A stretch of DNA of 64,000 nucleotides from an uncultured Acidobacteriaceae bacterium (lineage in GTDB: Bacteria; Acidobacteriota; Terriglobia; Terriglobales; Acidobacteriaceae): NCBI GenBank assembly GCA_963832755.1, contig CAWHVM010000003.1, positions 521,420-585,419 of the forward strand. Reading direction: 5' to 3'. The notes under the pieces were generated by a model, which was not told the origin of the DNA, made no database searches, and saw only the letters and a list, made by a program, of their open reading frames with translations. The translations under genes were made by a program, and so were the position numbers. Shown piece by piece: positions 20,670 to 29,816 of this stretch. Position 1 is the first letter of the stretch; the number at the start of each line of letters is the position of its first letter.

Positions 20670-21440
20670 TTACCAGGCAGTATGGCCTCCGTCTACGACG
20701 AGAACATGGCCCGTCACGTAGGCCGAGGCATCCGAAGCCAGAAAAATTGCCGCACCTTTTAGGTCATGGTCGCTGCCAAAACGGTGAAGAGGAATCTTGG
20801 CCAAAATTGACTCCTTATGGTGCTCAAGAATCCAGCTCGACATGTGCGTAGGAAACCAGCCCGGAGCGATGGCATTAACCTGGATATTGTGCGCCGCCCA
20901 CTTGCACGCCAGATCTTTGGTGAAAGCGATGACTCCGCCTTTGCTGGCGTGGTATCCGATGGCTTGCAGGTCCGAAGAAGCTCCGCCCAGGCCTGCCACC
21001 GAGGCTATGTTGATGATCTTGCCGCGCCCTTGCCCAATCATGGCTTTGCCCACGGCTTGCGAGAACAGAAAAGTTCCAGTGAGGTTCGTGTCCATGACCT
21101 TGTTCCATTGCTCCAGCGTCATTTCTTCCACCGGAGCTCCCCACGAAATCCCTGCATTATTAATAAGGATGTCGATGCGTCCAAAATTCTGCAGAGTCGA
21201 TGCCACCGCTTGCTGAATAGCCGCCGGATCTTTTACGTCGCAGCCGAGGGCGAGGGTCTTGATACCCAGGCTGGCCAACTCGACGGCCGCCTCGTCGCAC
21301 CGCTCCTTCTTTCGGGCGCACAGCACCAGATTCGCTCCCATCTCCGCCAATCCTTCGGCCATCTGGCGGCCAAGACCGATGGAGCCACCGGTGATGATGG
21401 CGACGCGCCCGCTAAGATCGAACAACTGCCTGGCATTCAC
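20670..21440 (-). CDS. SDR-family oxidoreductase
   Basis: GTG start. Motifs VAIITGGSIGLG, NNAG and YHASKGG. 256 aa. Confidence 0.9.
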   Translation of the reverse strand: MNARQLFDLSGRVAIITGGSIGLGRQMAEGLAEMGANLVLCARKKERCDEAAVELASLGIKTLALGCDVKDPAAIQQAVASTLQNFGRIDILINNAGISWGAPVEEMTLEQWNKVMDTNLTGTFLFSQAVGKAMIGQGRGKIINIASVAGLGGASSDLQAIGYHASKGGVIAFTKDLACKWAAHNIQVNAIAPGWFPTHMSSWILEHHKESILAKIPLHRFGSDHDLKGAAIFLASDASAYVTGHVLVVDGGHTAW

Positions 21441-21481
21441 GTAGCGAAGGCCCCCAATCTGATGTTCCGCCCTGGTACAAA

Positions 21482-21512
21482 GTGATAGTCAATATCACAA
21501 TTTAGCGACTAA
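21482..21512. promoter_or_regulatory. 31-bp operator-like box GTGATAGTCAATATCACAATTTAGCGACTAA upstream of the SDR-to-APH operon
   Basis: Contains the perfect inverted repeat GTGATA-N5-TATCAC. 27/31 identical to 23428-23458, which lies upstream of the TetR gene. Sits 42 nt upstream of the SDR start. Confidence 0.55.
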
Positions 21513-21566
21513 CGTCAATTCAGAGTTTTCCGGAGTGCTGGGAAGTGGCCTTGAGGGTCAGCGGCC

Positions 21567-22589
21567 TCACGGACTAACACGCAACACGACCCGGCCGGAA
21601 ATTTCCCCTCGGCGCAGCCGCTCAAGGACCTCGTTGGCCTCTGACAAGGGCTGCGTAAACACTTCGCAGTGAACTTTTCCCGCTGCGCCCATGGCGAGAA
21701 TCTCTTGCAGATCCTGTCGTGTGCCGACTGCGGAAGCCTGGATCCGGATTTCGCCCGCTGCCATAAGGATGGGCGGGAAAGAAATATCCTGAGCGGGCAA
21801 GCCCACGGCGAGCAGGATTCCCGTGGGACGAACACAATAAAACGCCATGTCGTAAGCGGCTTTTGCCGCGGACGTAACCAAGGCCACGTGAACTCCGCCC
21901 AGCGAACGCAATTGCTTAATCACCTTGTCCGATGCCGCATTCAGCGTCCTGGAAGCTCCGAGGGACTTCGCCAGGCTGAGTTTCTCTTCGCTGATGTCAA
22001 TTGCGGTTACATCCGCTCCCAGTTCGCGGCCGATCTGAACCGCTATGTGTCCCAGTCCACCCACTCCAAATACCGCTAACCGTTGCCCCGCGGTGATGCG
22101 TGAGTGTTTAAGGGCGCGATAGACAGTGACCCCAGCGCATAGCAGGGGAGCGGCCTGCTCCGAGGCAAGATTATCGGGAATCCTGGCGGCATGGGTAGCG
22201 GGTGCCTTGACAAATTCGGCATACCCGCCATCTACGGTCACACCGGTAATTTGCTGCTGAACGCAGAGGTTTTCGTTGCCCTCACGGCAAAACTCGCACT
22301 TTCCGCAGGTCCAATGGATCCAGGGCACACCGACCCGGTCGCCGATCTTTACCCCCTGCACGTCCAGACCTACCTCGACAATAGTGCCGACCACTTCGTG
22401 CCCGAGGATCAGCGGCTTCTTTACAATCCCAGCCAACTGCGACCAGTCGCCATCCGCGACGTGCAAGTCAGAGTGGCACACGCCGCAAACCTCAACCTTG
22501 ATCAGAACTTCGCTCTCTGTGGGTTTGGGAACAGCGACATCCTGAATCGTAAGCGGGATCTTGAAGTCGCGAAGCACAGCAGCTTTCAT
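21567..22589 (-). CDS. zinc-dependent alcohol dehydrogenase
   Basis: Start trimmed to MKAAVLRDFKIPLTIQDV. Motifs GVCHSDLH, GHEVVGTI and VFGVGGLGH. Confidence 0.9.
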   Translation of the reverse strand: MKAAVLRDFKIPLTIQDVAVPKPTESEVLIKVEVCGVCHSDLHVADGDWSQLAGIVKKPLILGHEVVGTIVEVGLDVQGVKIGDRVGVPWIHWTCGKCEFCREGNENLCVQQQITGVTVDGGYAEFVKAPATHAARIPDNLASEQAAPLLCAGVTVYRALKHSRITAGQRLAVFGVGGLGHIAVQIGRELGADVTAIDISEEKLSLAKSLGASRTLNAASDKVIKQLRSLGGVHVALVTSAAKAAYDMAFYCVRPTGILLAVGLPAQDISFPPILMAAGEIRIQASAVGTRQDLQEILAMGAAGKVHCEVFTQPLSEANEVLERLRRGEISGRVVLRVSP

Positions 22590-22732
22590 CTTCTCCCTCT
22601 GGGGAACCACGCCCTCTAGAACAACGACTAGTCCTCGGAAAACTGAATCGAGTAGTGCCGTGGTCAGCGGCCAGTGCTCAGTAAGCGTCAGTAGGAGCAA
22701 GTCTGCGAAGTGCTTTCACTGACCACTGCAAC

Positions 22733-23416
22733 TCAGGGCTCCAGCCCACGCAGGAAAAACTCCACCGCGCTGAGCACTCGATCCGTGAGCTTGTGCGGTC
22801 CGGTCAAATCAACCGCCCACTGCCGTACGACCGTGTTGTAGAGGCCCTCCATGAATTCCGCCAGGTGGACGATGGGAAAGTCGCGTGTAATCTCGCTTCT
22901 CTTTTGTCCCTGCGCCAGAATCTCTCGCAGCAAACCGACGGTGGCTTCTTCGTGCCCGCGCACTTCCGCGCAGCGCACCGGGTCCATCGCACCAGAAAGC
23001 ACGACCGCCTGCCACAGTTTGCGGTCGGCCTCGGCTTCGCGCGCCATGCTGCCGTAAAGTCGGCGCAAACGCTCGGCCGTCGTGGCATGAGTGGACAATT
23101 CCGAGCGCAGCCGCTCTCTGATGCAGGAGAATCCGCGTTCCCCTACCTCTCGAAGAACCGCATCCTTGCTGGGAAAATAGCGAAAAAAAGTCGGCTGGCT
23201 GATTTCGAGGGTCTGTACAATATCGTCGATCCGGGTGTTCTCGAAACCGCGCTTGCGAAAAAGCTTGATCGAAGTATCGATGATCTGCTGGCGCATGCGG
23301 GTTTTCTTCCGCTCACGAAGCCCTGCTGCCGGAGCGTTTCCCGGTCTATCAGCAACTCGGCGCTCCGCCATCAATCGAGGCATCCTCTCCTCCTGACGCA
23401 TTGCCAGAGAGTTCAT
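22733..23416 (-). CDS. TetR/AcrR-family transcriptional regulator (start uncertain; internal Met codons at 23401, 23383 and 23371)
   Basis: HTH region IDTSIKLFRKRGFENTRIDDIVQTLEISQPTFFRYFPSKDAVL. Confidence 0.87.
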   Translation of the reverse strand: MNSLAMRQEERMPRLMAERRVADRPGNAPAAGLRERKKTRMRQQIIDTSIKLFRKRGFENTRIDDIVQTLEISQPTFFRYFPSKDAVLREVGERGFSCIRERLRSELSTHATTAERLRRLYGSMAREAEADRKLWQAVVLSGAMDPVRCAEVRGHEEATVGLLREILAQGQKRSEITRDFPIVHLAEFMEGLYNTVVRQWAVDLTGPHKLTDRVLSAVEFFLRGLEP

Positions 23417-23427
23417 TCCCAGACAAT

Positions 23428-23458
23428 GTGATAGTCACTATAACAAAATAGCGACTAA
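23428..23458. promoter_or_regulatory. second copy of the operator-like box (GTGATAGTCACTATAACAAAATAGCGACTAA) upstream of the TetR gene
   Basis: 27/31 identity and the same orientation as 21482-21512. Lies 12-57 nt upstream of the candidate TetR starts. Confidence 0.55.
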
Positions 23459-23620
23459 AGCATTATGAGTTGTCCATCAACGTAGGGGCATTTCGAGAGT
23501 TCGGCTGTCTGACGAAAGATACGGATTGCACGGCGAGGCGATGTCGGTGATGGTGCTCAATGCCGCCTACGTGGAAGCGCCCGCTGTGGAGGAGACGCCT
23601 CAAAGTGCTTCGCAGAGGCG

Positions 23621-24478
23621 CTAAAATTGTGCCATCGTCGTTTCAAAAGCCTGAGTCGTTAGACGTTCCAGCGGCCATTTTCGCAACTCCTCTGAGAGCA
23701 CTTCAATTCCCCATGGCCCGCGATATCCAGCGGCTCGCATCGCCGCAATAAAGCCTTTTACATCGAATTCTCCTTCGCCACAGAAACGGCGGTGGTTTAC
23801 GGTGTCTTCGTGCAGGCTCCAGGGACACTCAAACGTGCCGTCGTTTAGTTCGACGCTGATGATGTATTGCGCGGGAATGCGGCGTAGATCGCCGTAAGGA
23901 ATTTTGAGCTTCACGATGTGCCAGGTATCCAGACAAATGCCGCCATTGCTGGCGCCCGCGCCTTCGACGAGATTGAGTGAATCCTCCAATGTCCGGATCA
24001 TGGCGAACGGCATCAACTCGAACCCCACTCGGGTTCCGCGCTCTGCCGCCTCCACGCACAGCTGGGCGAATGCTTCGATCAAGCGCGGCATCGGCGCCGT
24101 TTCCTGATAGAAATCGCCGACCTTCACGTGATGTGCCTGCAAGGCTTCCGCAGCATCGAGCAGCATCTTCTTGCAAATATCGGATTGCCTCTTTCGCTCA
24201 CCGTCGAGGAACCAGTCGGTGAGGAATTCCAGTTCGACGTGCGTGATCCCGTTGTCGTCGAGAATCTGCTTCATCTCCTTGAACGTGCGCGTCCGGAGCA
24301 CATGCGCAAGGTCGGCGTGCCAGATACCAACGCCGGTGAAACCCGCTCTGGCAGCCGATTCCACGCGGTCCCGGAAATCGAAAGGGCTGTGTTCTCTGTC
24401 GGTGTGAGGAAGCCCGCAGGAAATGGTCCAGTAGGAAGCGAGCAGTTCAACCTGGCTCTTCATTTTCGTGGAGGGCAC
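23621..24478 (-). CDS. xylose-isomerase-like TIM-barrel protein (sugar phosphate isomerase/epimerase family)
   Basis: 285 aa with ...GFTGVGIWHADL..., ITHVELEFLTDWF and GFELMPF. Lies 4 nt downstream of E1 beta. Confidence 0.8.
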   Translation of the reverse strand: MPSTKMKSQVELLASYWTISCGLPHTDREHSPFDFRDRVESAARAGFTGVGIWHADLAHVLRTRTFKEMKQILDDNGITHVELEFLTDWFLDGERKRQSDICKKMLLDAAEALQAHHVKVGDFYQETAPMPRLIEAFAQLCVEAAERGTRVGFELMPFAMIRTLEDSLNLVEGAGASNGGICLDTWHIVKLKIPYGDLRRIPAQYIISVELNDGTFECPWSLHEDTVNHRRFCGEGEFDVKGFIAAMRAAGYRGPWGIEVLSEELRKWPLERLTTQAFETTMAQF

Positions 24479-24482
24479 ACTC

Positions 24483-25460
24483 TCACGCGGCCACGGCTTC
24501 CTGCGCCATCACAGATTTCACAGCCTCAATGATCTTGTCTTCATTGGGGACGACGTAGTTTTCCAGTGGTTCGCTGTAAGGGATGGGAGCGTCGAGAGCA
24601 GTCACCATTCTGAGTGCTCGCAAATCTTCGACAGCGTGTTCGGCGATCTCGCCGGCGATCACCGCGGCGGCGGACGAATGCCGCGGCGCCTGATCGACCA
24701 GCACGACACGGCCCGTCTTTTTCACGGAATCGACAATGGTCTTGACATCGAGCGGTGCGAGCGTCCTTGGGTCAACCACCTCGGCGCTAATCCCCTCCGC
24801 TGCCAGCTGTTCAGCAGCGGCCAGCGCCTTCTTCACCATCCAGCCGACGGCCACAATCGTTACGTCGGTGCCGGCGCGTTTGATGTCGGCAACCCCGAGC
24901 GGCACAACATATTCGCCCTCAGGCACTTCGCCTTTATCGAGCGTGAGCATGTAGGGATGCAGATACACGACCGGGTTATCGTCACGAATGGCTGCGGCCA
25001 TCAAGCCCTTCGCATCGGCCGGGGTCGAGGGCACGACAACCTTCAAACCGGGGATGCCCATCATGGTGTGATAAATGCAGTTCGAGTGCTGGCCGGCCCA
25101 TCCCGCGCAGAAGCCGTAGCCGGCTTTGAGCACCACCGGCACGCTCACTTGCCCGCCTGACATGTAGCGCAGGCGAGGAGCTTCGTTGATGACCTGATCG
25201 AAGGCGACCAGCATGAATTCGCTCATCCATAGCTCGACGATAGGACGCAATCCGGTCAAGGCCGCGCCAATTCCAATGCCGATCTCAGCCGTCTCCGAAA
25301 TCGGCGAGAGGCGCACACGCGTTTTGCCGAATTTCTTGAGCATGGGGTCGCGCTCCGTCATGGCCATATTCTGGCCGTAGAAAACCACGTTGTGGTCACG
25401 CTGCATCTCTTCGATGATGGCTGCGGCGATGGCATCGGCGTACATCATTTCTTTGGCCAT
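24483..25460 (-). CDS. TPP-dependent 2-oxoacid/acetoin dehydrogenase E1 component, beta subunit
   Basis: MAKEMMYADAIAAAIIEEMQRDHNVVFYGQN...SPISETAEIGIGIGAALTGLRPIVE. 325 aa. Confidence 0.9.
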   Translation of the reverse strand: MAKEMMYADAIAAAIIEEMQRDHNVVFYGQNMAMTERDPMLKKFGKTRVRLSPISETAEIGIGIGAALTGLRPIVELWMSEFMLVAFDQVINEAPRLRYMSGGQVSVPVVLKAGYGFCAGWAGQHSNCIYHTMMGIPGLKVVVPSTPADAKGLMAAAIRDDNPVVYLHPYMLTLDKGEVPEGEYVVPLGVADIKRAGTDVTIVAVGWMVKKALAAAEQLAAEGISAEVVDPRTLAPLDVKTIVDSVKKTGRVVLVDQAPRHSSAAAVIAGEIAEHAVEDLRALRMVTALDAPIPYSEPLENYVVPNEDKIIEAVKSVMAQEAVAA

Positions 25461-25469
25461 GTTCTCCTC

Positions 25470-26528
25470 CTACGCGTAAACATATTGCAGCGCCTCTTCA
25501 GGCGCGGGCAGCAGGCTTGCCAGGGCGAACTGCGCGGCATCCTCCACCTCAGCGCGAGCGGCAGCTTCAATTCGCCTGGCTGCGGCTTCGGTGAGGGTGC
25601 CGTCTTTCAGCAGGCGTGCACGAAAGCGTTTGATCGGATCCTTGGCTTTCCACTGTTCGAATTCTTTGCGGTTGCCATAGACCGCGACTGCCTCGTGCTC
25701 AGGAAACTGCGTCGGAAGCGGGGGAACGGTGATTACATTGCCGTGGGCGCTGAGCCGATAGAATTTCGTTTCGACCAGACTCGGTCCATGGCCGGCGCGG
25801 GCGCGATCTGCGGCTTTGGCAACAACTTTCTGCACGGCTATGGGATCCGTACCATCAACCGTTGCCCCAGGCATGCTGAAGGCTTGCGCTTTCTTCGACA
25901 ACGGATCGCCGGCAGCGGCATTGGCATCCTCCAGGCTGAAGTGCGTGTACGCCTGGTATTGATTGTTTTCGAGAACGTAGACGATAGGTAGTTTCCACAC
26001 CGCAGCCATGTTGAGTGACTCGTAAAACGCGCCTTGTTTCGAAGCGCCGTCACCAAAGAAGCAGTAGACGATCTGGCCGCTTTTCTTTACCTGCGCGGTG
26101 AGGGCAGCGCCTGTGGCATGGGCGATACTCTGCCCAATAATTCCGGAAGTCCCGGGAAAATACCGGGCCGGGTCGGCAAGGTGCATGGAGCCGCCGAAGC
26201 CGTGGCACAAACCGTCCCTGCGGCCAAACACTTCCGCCATCATCTTCCGCAGCGGAGTTCCGAGAACGATGGGGTATCCATGACAGCGGTAACTGGGCAT
26301 CACGAAATCCGTCTCGCGGCGCGTGGAGAGCGCCCCGACGATGCTGGCTTCAGCGCCGTCGCCCAAGTGAGAGTGTCCCCTGATTACACCGGGATGTTCG
26401 ATGAATGTGCGCTTGATGGACTCTTCGAATTCGCGGATGCGCACCATCTGGGTATACATCCATCGCAGTTGGCCGCTGTTTGCGTTCGTTTTTGGCCGGG
26501 CAGATTTCTTCGCATTCTTTTGGGGCAT
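25470..26528 (-). CDS. TPP-dependent 2-oxoacid/acetoin dehydrogenase E1 component, alpha subunit
   Basis: Start trimmed to MPQKNAKKS, with AGGAGG 6 nt upstream. TPP motif FFGDGASKQGAFYESLNMAAVWKLPIVYVLENNQY. Confidence 0.9.
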   Translation of the reverse strand: MPQKNAKKSARPKTNANSGQLRWMYTQMVRIREFEESIKRTFIEHPGVIRGHSHLGDGAEASIVGALSTRRETDFVMPSYRCHGYPIVLGTPLRKMMAEVFGRRDGLCHGFGGSMHLADPARYFPGTSGIIGQSIAHATGAALTAQVKKSGQIVYCFFGDGASKQGAFYESLNMAAVWKLPIVYVLENNQYQAYTHFSLEDANAAAGDPLSKKAQAFSMPGATVDGTDPIAVQKVVAKAADRARAGHGPSLVETKFYRLSAHGNVITVPPLPTQFPEHEAVAVYGNRKEFEQWKAKDPIKRFRARLLKDGTLTEAAARRIEAAARAEVEDAAQFALASLLPAPEEALQYVYA

Positions 26529-26538
26529 TGGGTGCCTC

Positions 26539-26823
26539 CTACTTCCTCGTTTTTGCAGTCTTTGCAGTCTTAACAATTTTTGCAGTCGATTCCGCGATCT
26601 CGCAGAGCGGATCTCCGACCGGGACCTCGGCCGTTTCATGCGCCAGAAGCTTTGCCAGTATGCCACTGAAAGGCGATTCCAACTCGTAGCTGACTTTTTC
26701 GGTCTCCAACTCGACTAGCGGCTCGCCGGCCTTCACGTGATCGCCTTCGCGCTTGAGCCATCGCACCACCACTGCTTTGGTGCTGGTGACGCCGCCGGAT
26801 TTGGGTACGATCACGCTTGTCAA
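26539..26823 (-). CDS. free-standing lipoyl-attachment-domain protein (no E2 catalytic domain)
   Basis: 94 aa. The sequence ...GEPLVELETEKVSYELESPFSGIL... matches the lipoyl-lysine motif context. Lys-rich tail KIVKTAKTAKTRK. Confidence 0.78.
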   Translation of the reverse strand: MTSVIVPKSGGVTSTKAVVVRWLKREGDHVKAGEPLVELETEKVSYELESPFSGILAKLLAHETAEVPVGDPLCEIAESTAKIVKTAKTAKTRK

Positions 26824-26865
26824 GAGTTGGTCCTCGGCTCAGATCACTGCTTCGCCATTTCACTG

Positions 26866-28440
26866 CTAATGCACTTGCCGTCCGGCATGTTCCCAGTATT
26901 GCGCGCGTATCTTTTTTCTGTCGATCTTGCCGGCTACGGTTTTGGGAATCTCTTCGCAAAATGCAACAGACTTTGGAGCTTTTACTCCTCCCAGCTTCTC
27001 TTTGCAGTGGGAAATAATGGCTGCCTCGCTCAGGGATACTCCCGGGCGAAGTACAACGAATGCCTTGACTGCTTCTCCCCATGTATCATGAGGAACCCCA
27101 ATCACGGCACACTCGTGAATCTCGGGCAGCGCCATCACTGCCGCTTCCACCTCGGCGCAATAGACATTAAAGCCGCCGGAGATGATCATGTCTTTCTTCC
27201 GGTCGACGATGTAGACGTAGCCTTCTTCGTCCAGGTAACCGACATCGCCGGTGTGGTGCCAGCCGTGCGTGCGGATTTCCGCCGTGGCCTCAGGCATCTT
27301 GTAATAGCCGCCACAGATGAGCGAGCCGCGCGCCACGATTTCTCCTCGTTCACCTGCCGGGAGAATTCGGCCGGCATCGTCCATGACGGCGAGGCGCACC
27401 GCCAGTGTGGGCTTGCCGCAACTGGCCAGGCGTTCGGGATGATCACCGCCAGCCGCCGCGGCCACAGTCTTCGCATCGAGAAAGGTCAGGATCATCGGCG
27501 CTTCCGTTTGACCGTAGGACTGACACATGCATGGGCCGAAGACTTCGACCGCGGCCTTCAATTTGTCGGGCGCGACAGGTGATCCCGCCAAAAGAAAACC
27601 GCGAAGGCTTGAGTAGTCAAAGTCGCGCACCTGCGGATGCGCCAGCAGATTGTAAAGCGCGGTTGGCGGAAGATAAAGATGCGTGACGCGATAGTGCTCA
27701 ATATTGCGAAGCACTTCAAGCGCATCAAACTTAGGCATGACGATGTGGGTCGCTCCCACCGAACACATCACGAACGCCAATACTCCCGCAGCATGGGACA
27801 GCGGAGCTGTGTTCAAACACACAGGATGTTCGACATCGCCCCGCCAGCAGTGAGTGGCCATTTCCGTCATCGTGCCCAACGCAAGATTGGTCACACGAAC
27901 GCCCTTCGCTGGACCGGTGGTTCCCCCTGTCGGCACCAGTCCGGCGAGCCGGTCAGGGTTGCCGTAGGCATCGCCCCAATCGGGGACTTTCGCACCCGCT
28001 CCCTGTTTCATGAAAGCCTGCAAGGATGGATATTCCCCATCTTCGCGATCGAGGCAGATGATACCCCGCAAGGAGGGTACGCGCCGTTTGATATCGGCGA
28101 CGCTGTCGCGAAACTGGCTGTGATAGAACAACCACGCCATCTCTACGTAATTCATATATTCTACGTTGGCGTCGATGGCGTTGCGGTAATTGATTGGTAC
28201 CCATACTGCCCCGGATCGCATGATGCCCAGCATGCAAAACAGAACTCTGGCGTCATTGTGCGAGTAAATGCCGGCAGACTCCTGGTCGCGCAATCCGCCG
28301 GCGCAGAGAGCGCGTGCGATGTTTTCGGTTGCGGTGTGCATCTCGCGATAAGACCAGGAAACCTCATCGTCGGCGGCGATGATCGCGGTGCGCTCGAAGT
28401 TGGCCTCGACGCCCTTGTCGAAATAGTCGATCGCACGCAT
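26866..28440 (-). CDS. AMP-dependent synthetase/ligase (class I adenylate-forming enzyme)
   Basis: Start trimmed to MRAIDYFDKGVEANFERTAIIAADD. Motifs PTGGTTGPAKGV, SYGQTE, WHHTGD and DRKKDMIISGGFNV. Confidence 0.9.
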   Translation of the reverse strand: MRAIDYFDKGVEANFERTAIIAADDEVSWSYREMHTATENIARALCAGGLRDQESAGIYSHNDARVLFCMLGIMRSGAVWVPINYRNAIDANVEYMNYVEMAWLFYHSQFRDSVADIKRRVPSLRGIICLDREDGEYPSLQAFMKQGAGAKVPDWGDAYGNPDRLAGLVPTGGTTGPAKGVRVTNLALGTMTEMATHCWRGDVEHPVCLNTAPLSHAAGVLAFVMCSVGATHIVMPKFDALEVLRNIEHYRVTHLYLPPTALYNLLAHPQVRDFDYSSLRGFLLAGSPVAPDKLKAAVEVFGPCMCQSYGQTEAPMILTFLDAKTVAAAAGGDHPERLASCGKPTLAVRLAVMDDAGRILPAGERGEIVARGSLICGGYYKMPEATAEIRTHGWHHTGDVGYLDEEGYVYIVDRKKDMIISGGFNVYCAEVEAAVMALPEIHECAVIGVPHDTWGEAVKAFVVLRPGVSLSEAAIISHCKEKLGGVKAPKSVAFCEEIPKTVAGKIDRKKIRAQYWEHAGRQVH

Positions 28441-28457
28441 GACCAGATTTCCGCTAG

Positions 28458-29567
28458 TCAGTGAGTCAGACGAACCTTGGCGAGACCATGCTCTTCCAAA
28501 ACCCGCAGTATTTCCCGATGTCCAAAGGCTTCCGCGGGAGAAGCAAAACCAACCTTGCGCGGTGCCGCAAGCGCCAGATGGTGTGCCGCAAACGCCTGTA
28601 GCAACCCCGTCTGGCGATAGCAACAGGTGCCGAAGACCACGCACTGCGCGTAATCGGTGGAACCTCGGCCGACCACGACGTCGATGGTGCGCTGCTCGCG
28701 CGGGTTTTCGCGAGGCGGGGTTCCGGCTTGCACCGCATTCGCCATCTCAGCCAGCTTCTTTTCCTGCTCCGCTTTCGGCAGCGGACGAATTTGTTCTTCA
28801 AACATTTTCTCCGTGGCCGCGACGCCTTCCATGATCTGACGATCGAGCAAACCACCCATCGAGCGCACATTCGCGATCTGCGGGTGGTTCTTGAACCAAA
28901 CTGGTTGCGGAAAGCCTCCCCACGCCAGTGCCAATTGAGTTTGCAAGTAACCTGGAATGCTCACATCATAGCGAGTCGCGCGCGGCCAGGCCTTGTATTG
29001 ATTCTGCTCCAGATAATAGGCGTCGGTTTGAATGACTGCAAAAATCGTTTGCGTGGAACCGAATGTCGGAATGCCCTTAAACATGGTGACGGTTTCGAGC
29101 GTATCGATTGCCCCGGATTCCAGGCAAAGTCTGGCCGAGGCGTCGCTGACCGCGCACATAAAGGCAGTGGCTGGCGCGGCGAGAAGGCCGCGCTCGCGGA
29201 ATTTTTCGGCCCATTTCTCCGCGACTTCCCGAATCCAGGCCTGTTCGCCGCCAATATCAATGTAATGGCAACCAGCTTTCAAAGCCGCTTCGATGACTCT
29301 CGGTCCGTTATAGATAAATGGTCCGGCAGTGTTGCAAACCACCTTGGCCCCATCGAAGATACGCGCTAAGTCTTCGAGGGTGCCGGGAGTCTCCACGATC
29401 TCAAAGTCGGCCGTTTCAATTCCCGGGACATGATCCATCACCTGCTTGATTCTCGACGCACTTCTGCCCGCGGCGATGAAAGGTGTGTTGTACTCGCGGA
29501 GGTATTCGACGATCAATCTGCCGGAAAACCCGTTGGCTCCGTAAACCACCACCGGCCTTTTGCTCAT
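28458..29567 (-). CDS. saccharopine-dehydrogenase-like NAD(P)-binding protein
   Basis: MSKRPVVVYGANGFSGRLIVEYL...VVCNTAGPF...HYIDIGGE. 369 aa. Confidence 0.82.
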   Translation of the reverse strand: MSKRPVVVYGANGFSGRLIVEYLREYNTPFIAAGRSASRIKQVMDHVPGIETADFEIVETPGTLEDLARIFDGAKVVCNTAGPFIYNGPRVIEAALKAGCHYIDIGGEQAWIREVAEKWAEKFRERGLLAAPATAFMCAVSDASARLCLESGAIDTLETVTMFKGIPTFGSTQTIFAVIQTDAYYLEQNQYKAWPRATRYDVSIPGYLQTQLALAWGGFPQPVWFKNHPQIANVRSMGGLLDRQIMEGVAATEKMFEEQIRPLPKAEQEKKLAEMANAVQAGTPPRENPREQRTIDVVVGRGSTDYAQCVVFGTCCYRQTGLLQAFAAHHLALAAPRKVGFASPAEAFGHREILRVLEEHGLAKVRLTH

Positions 29568-29816
29568 GTGCGACAGCTCCTAGGAAGGTAGTCTGTTGTT
29601 GGCCTATGCACCATTCCGCCGGGGCGACCCCTCGAAGCAAAACTTGAAGCGCAACGCCGCCGGCCCCGGCGAATGGCCGCACCCGCCTGTTGGCTAGCGT
29701 GAACCCGGCGCGCCAAGCCAAACGAATCCCTCTGGTTCAGAGGCCGATTGTAGGCTAAAGTATCTTTTTTGCTAGTAGGCACTTTTTTGTAACCTTTGAT
29801 CCTGAAGGAGACTAAT

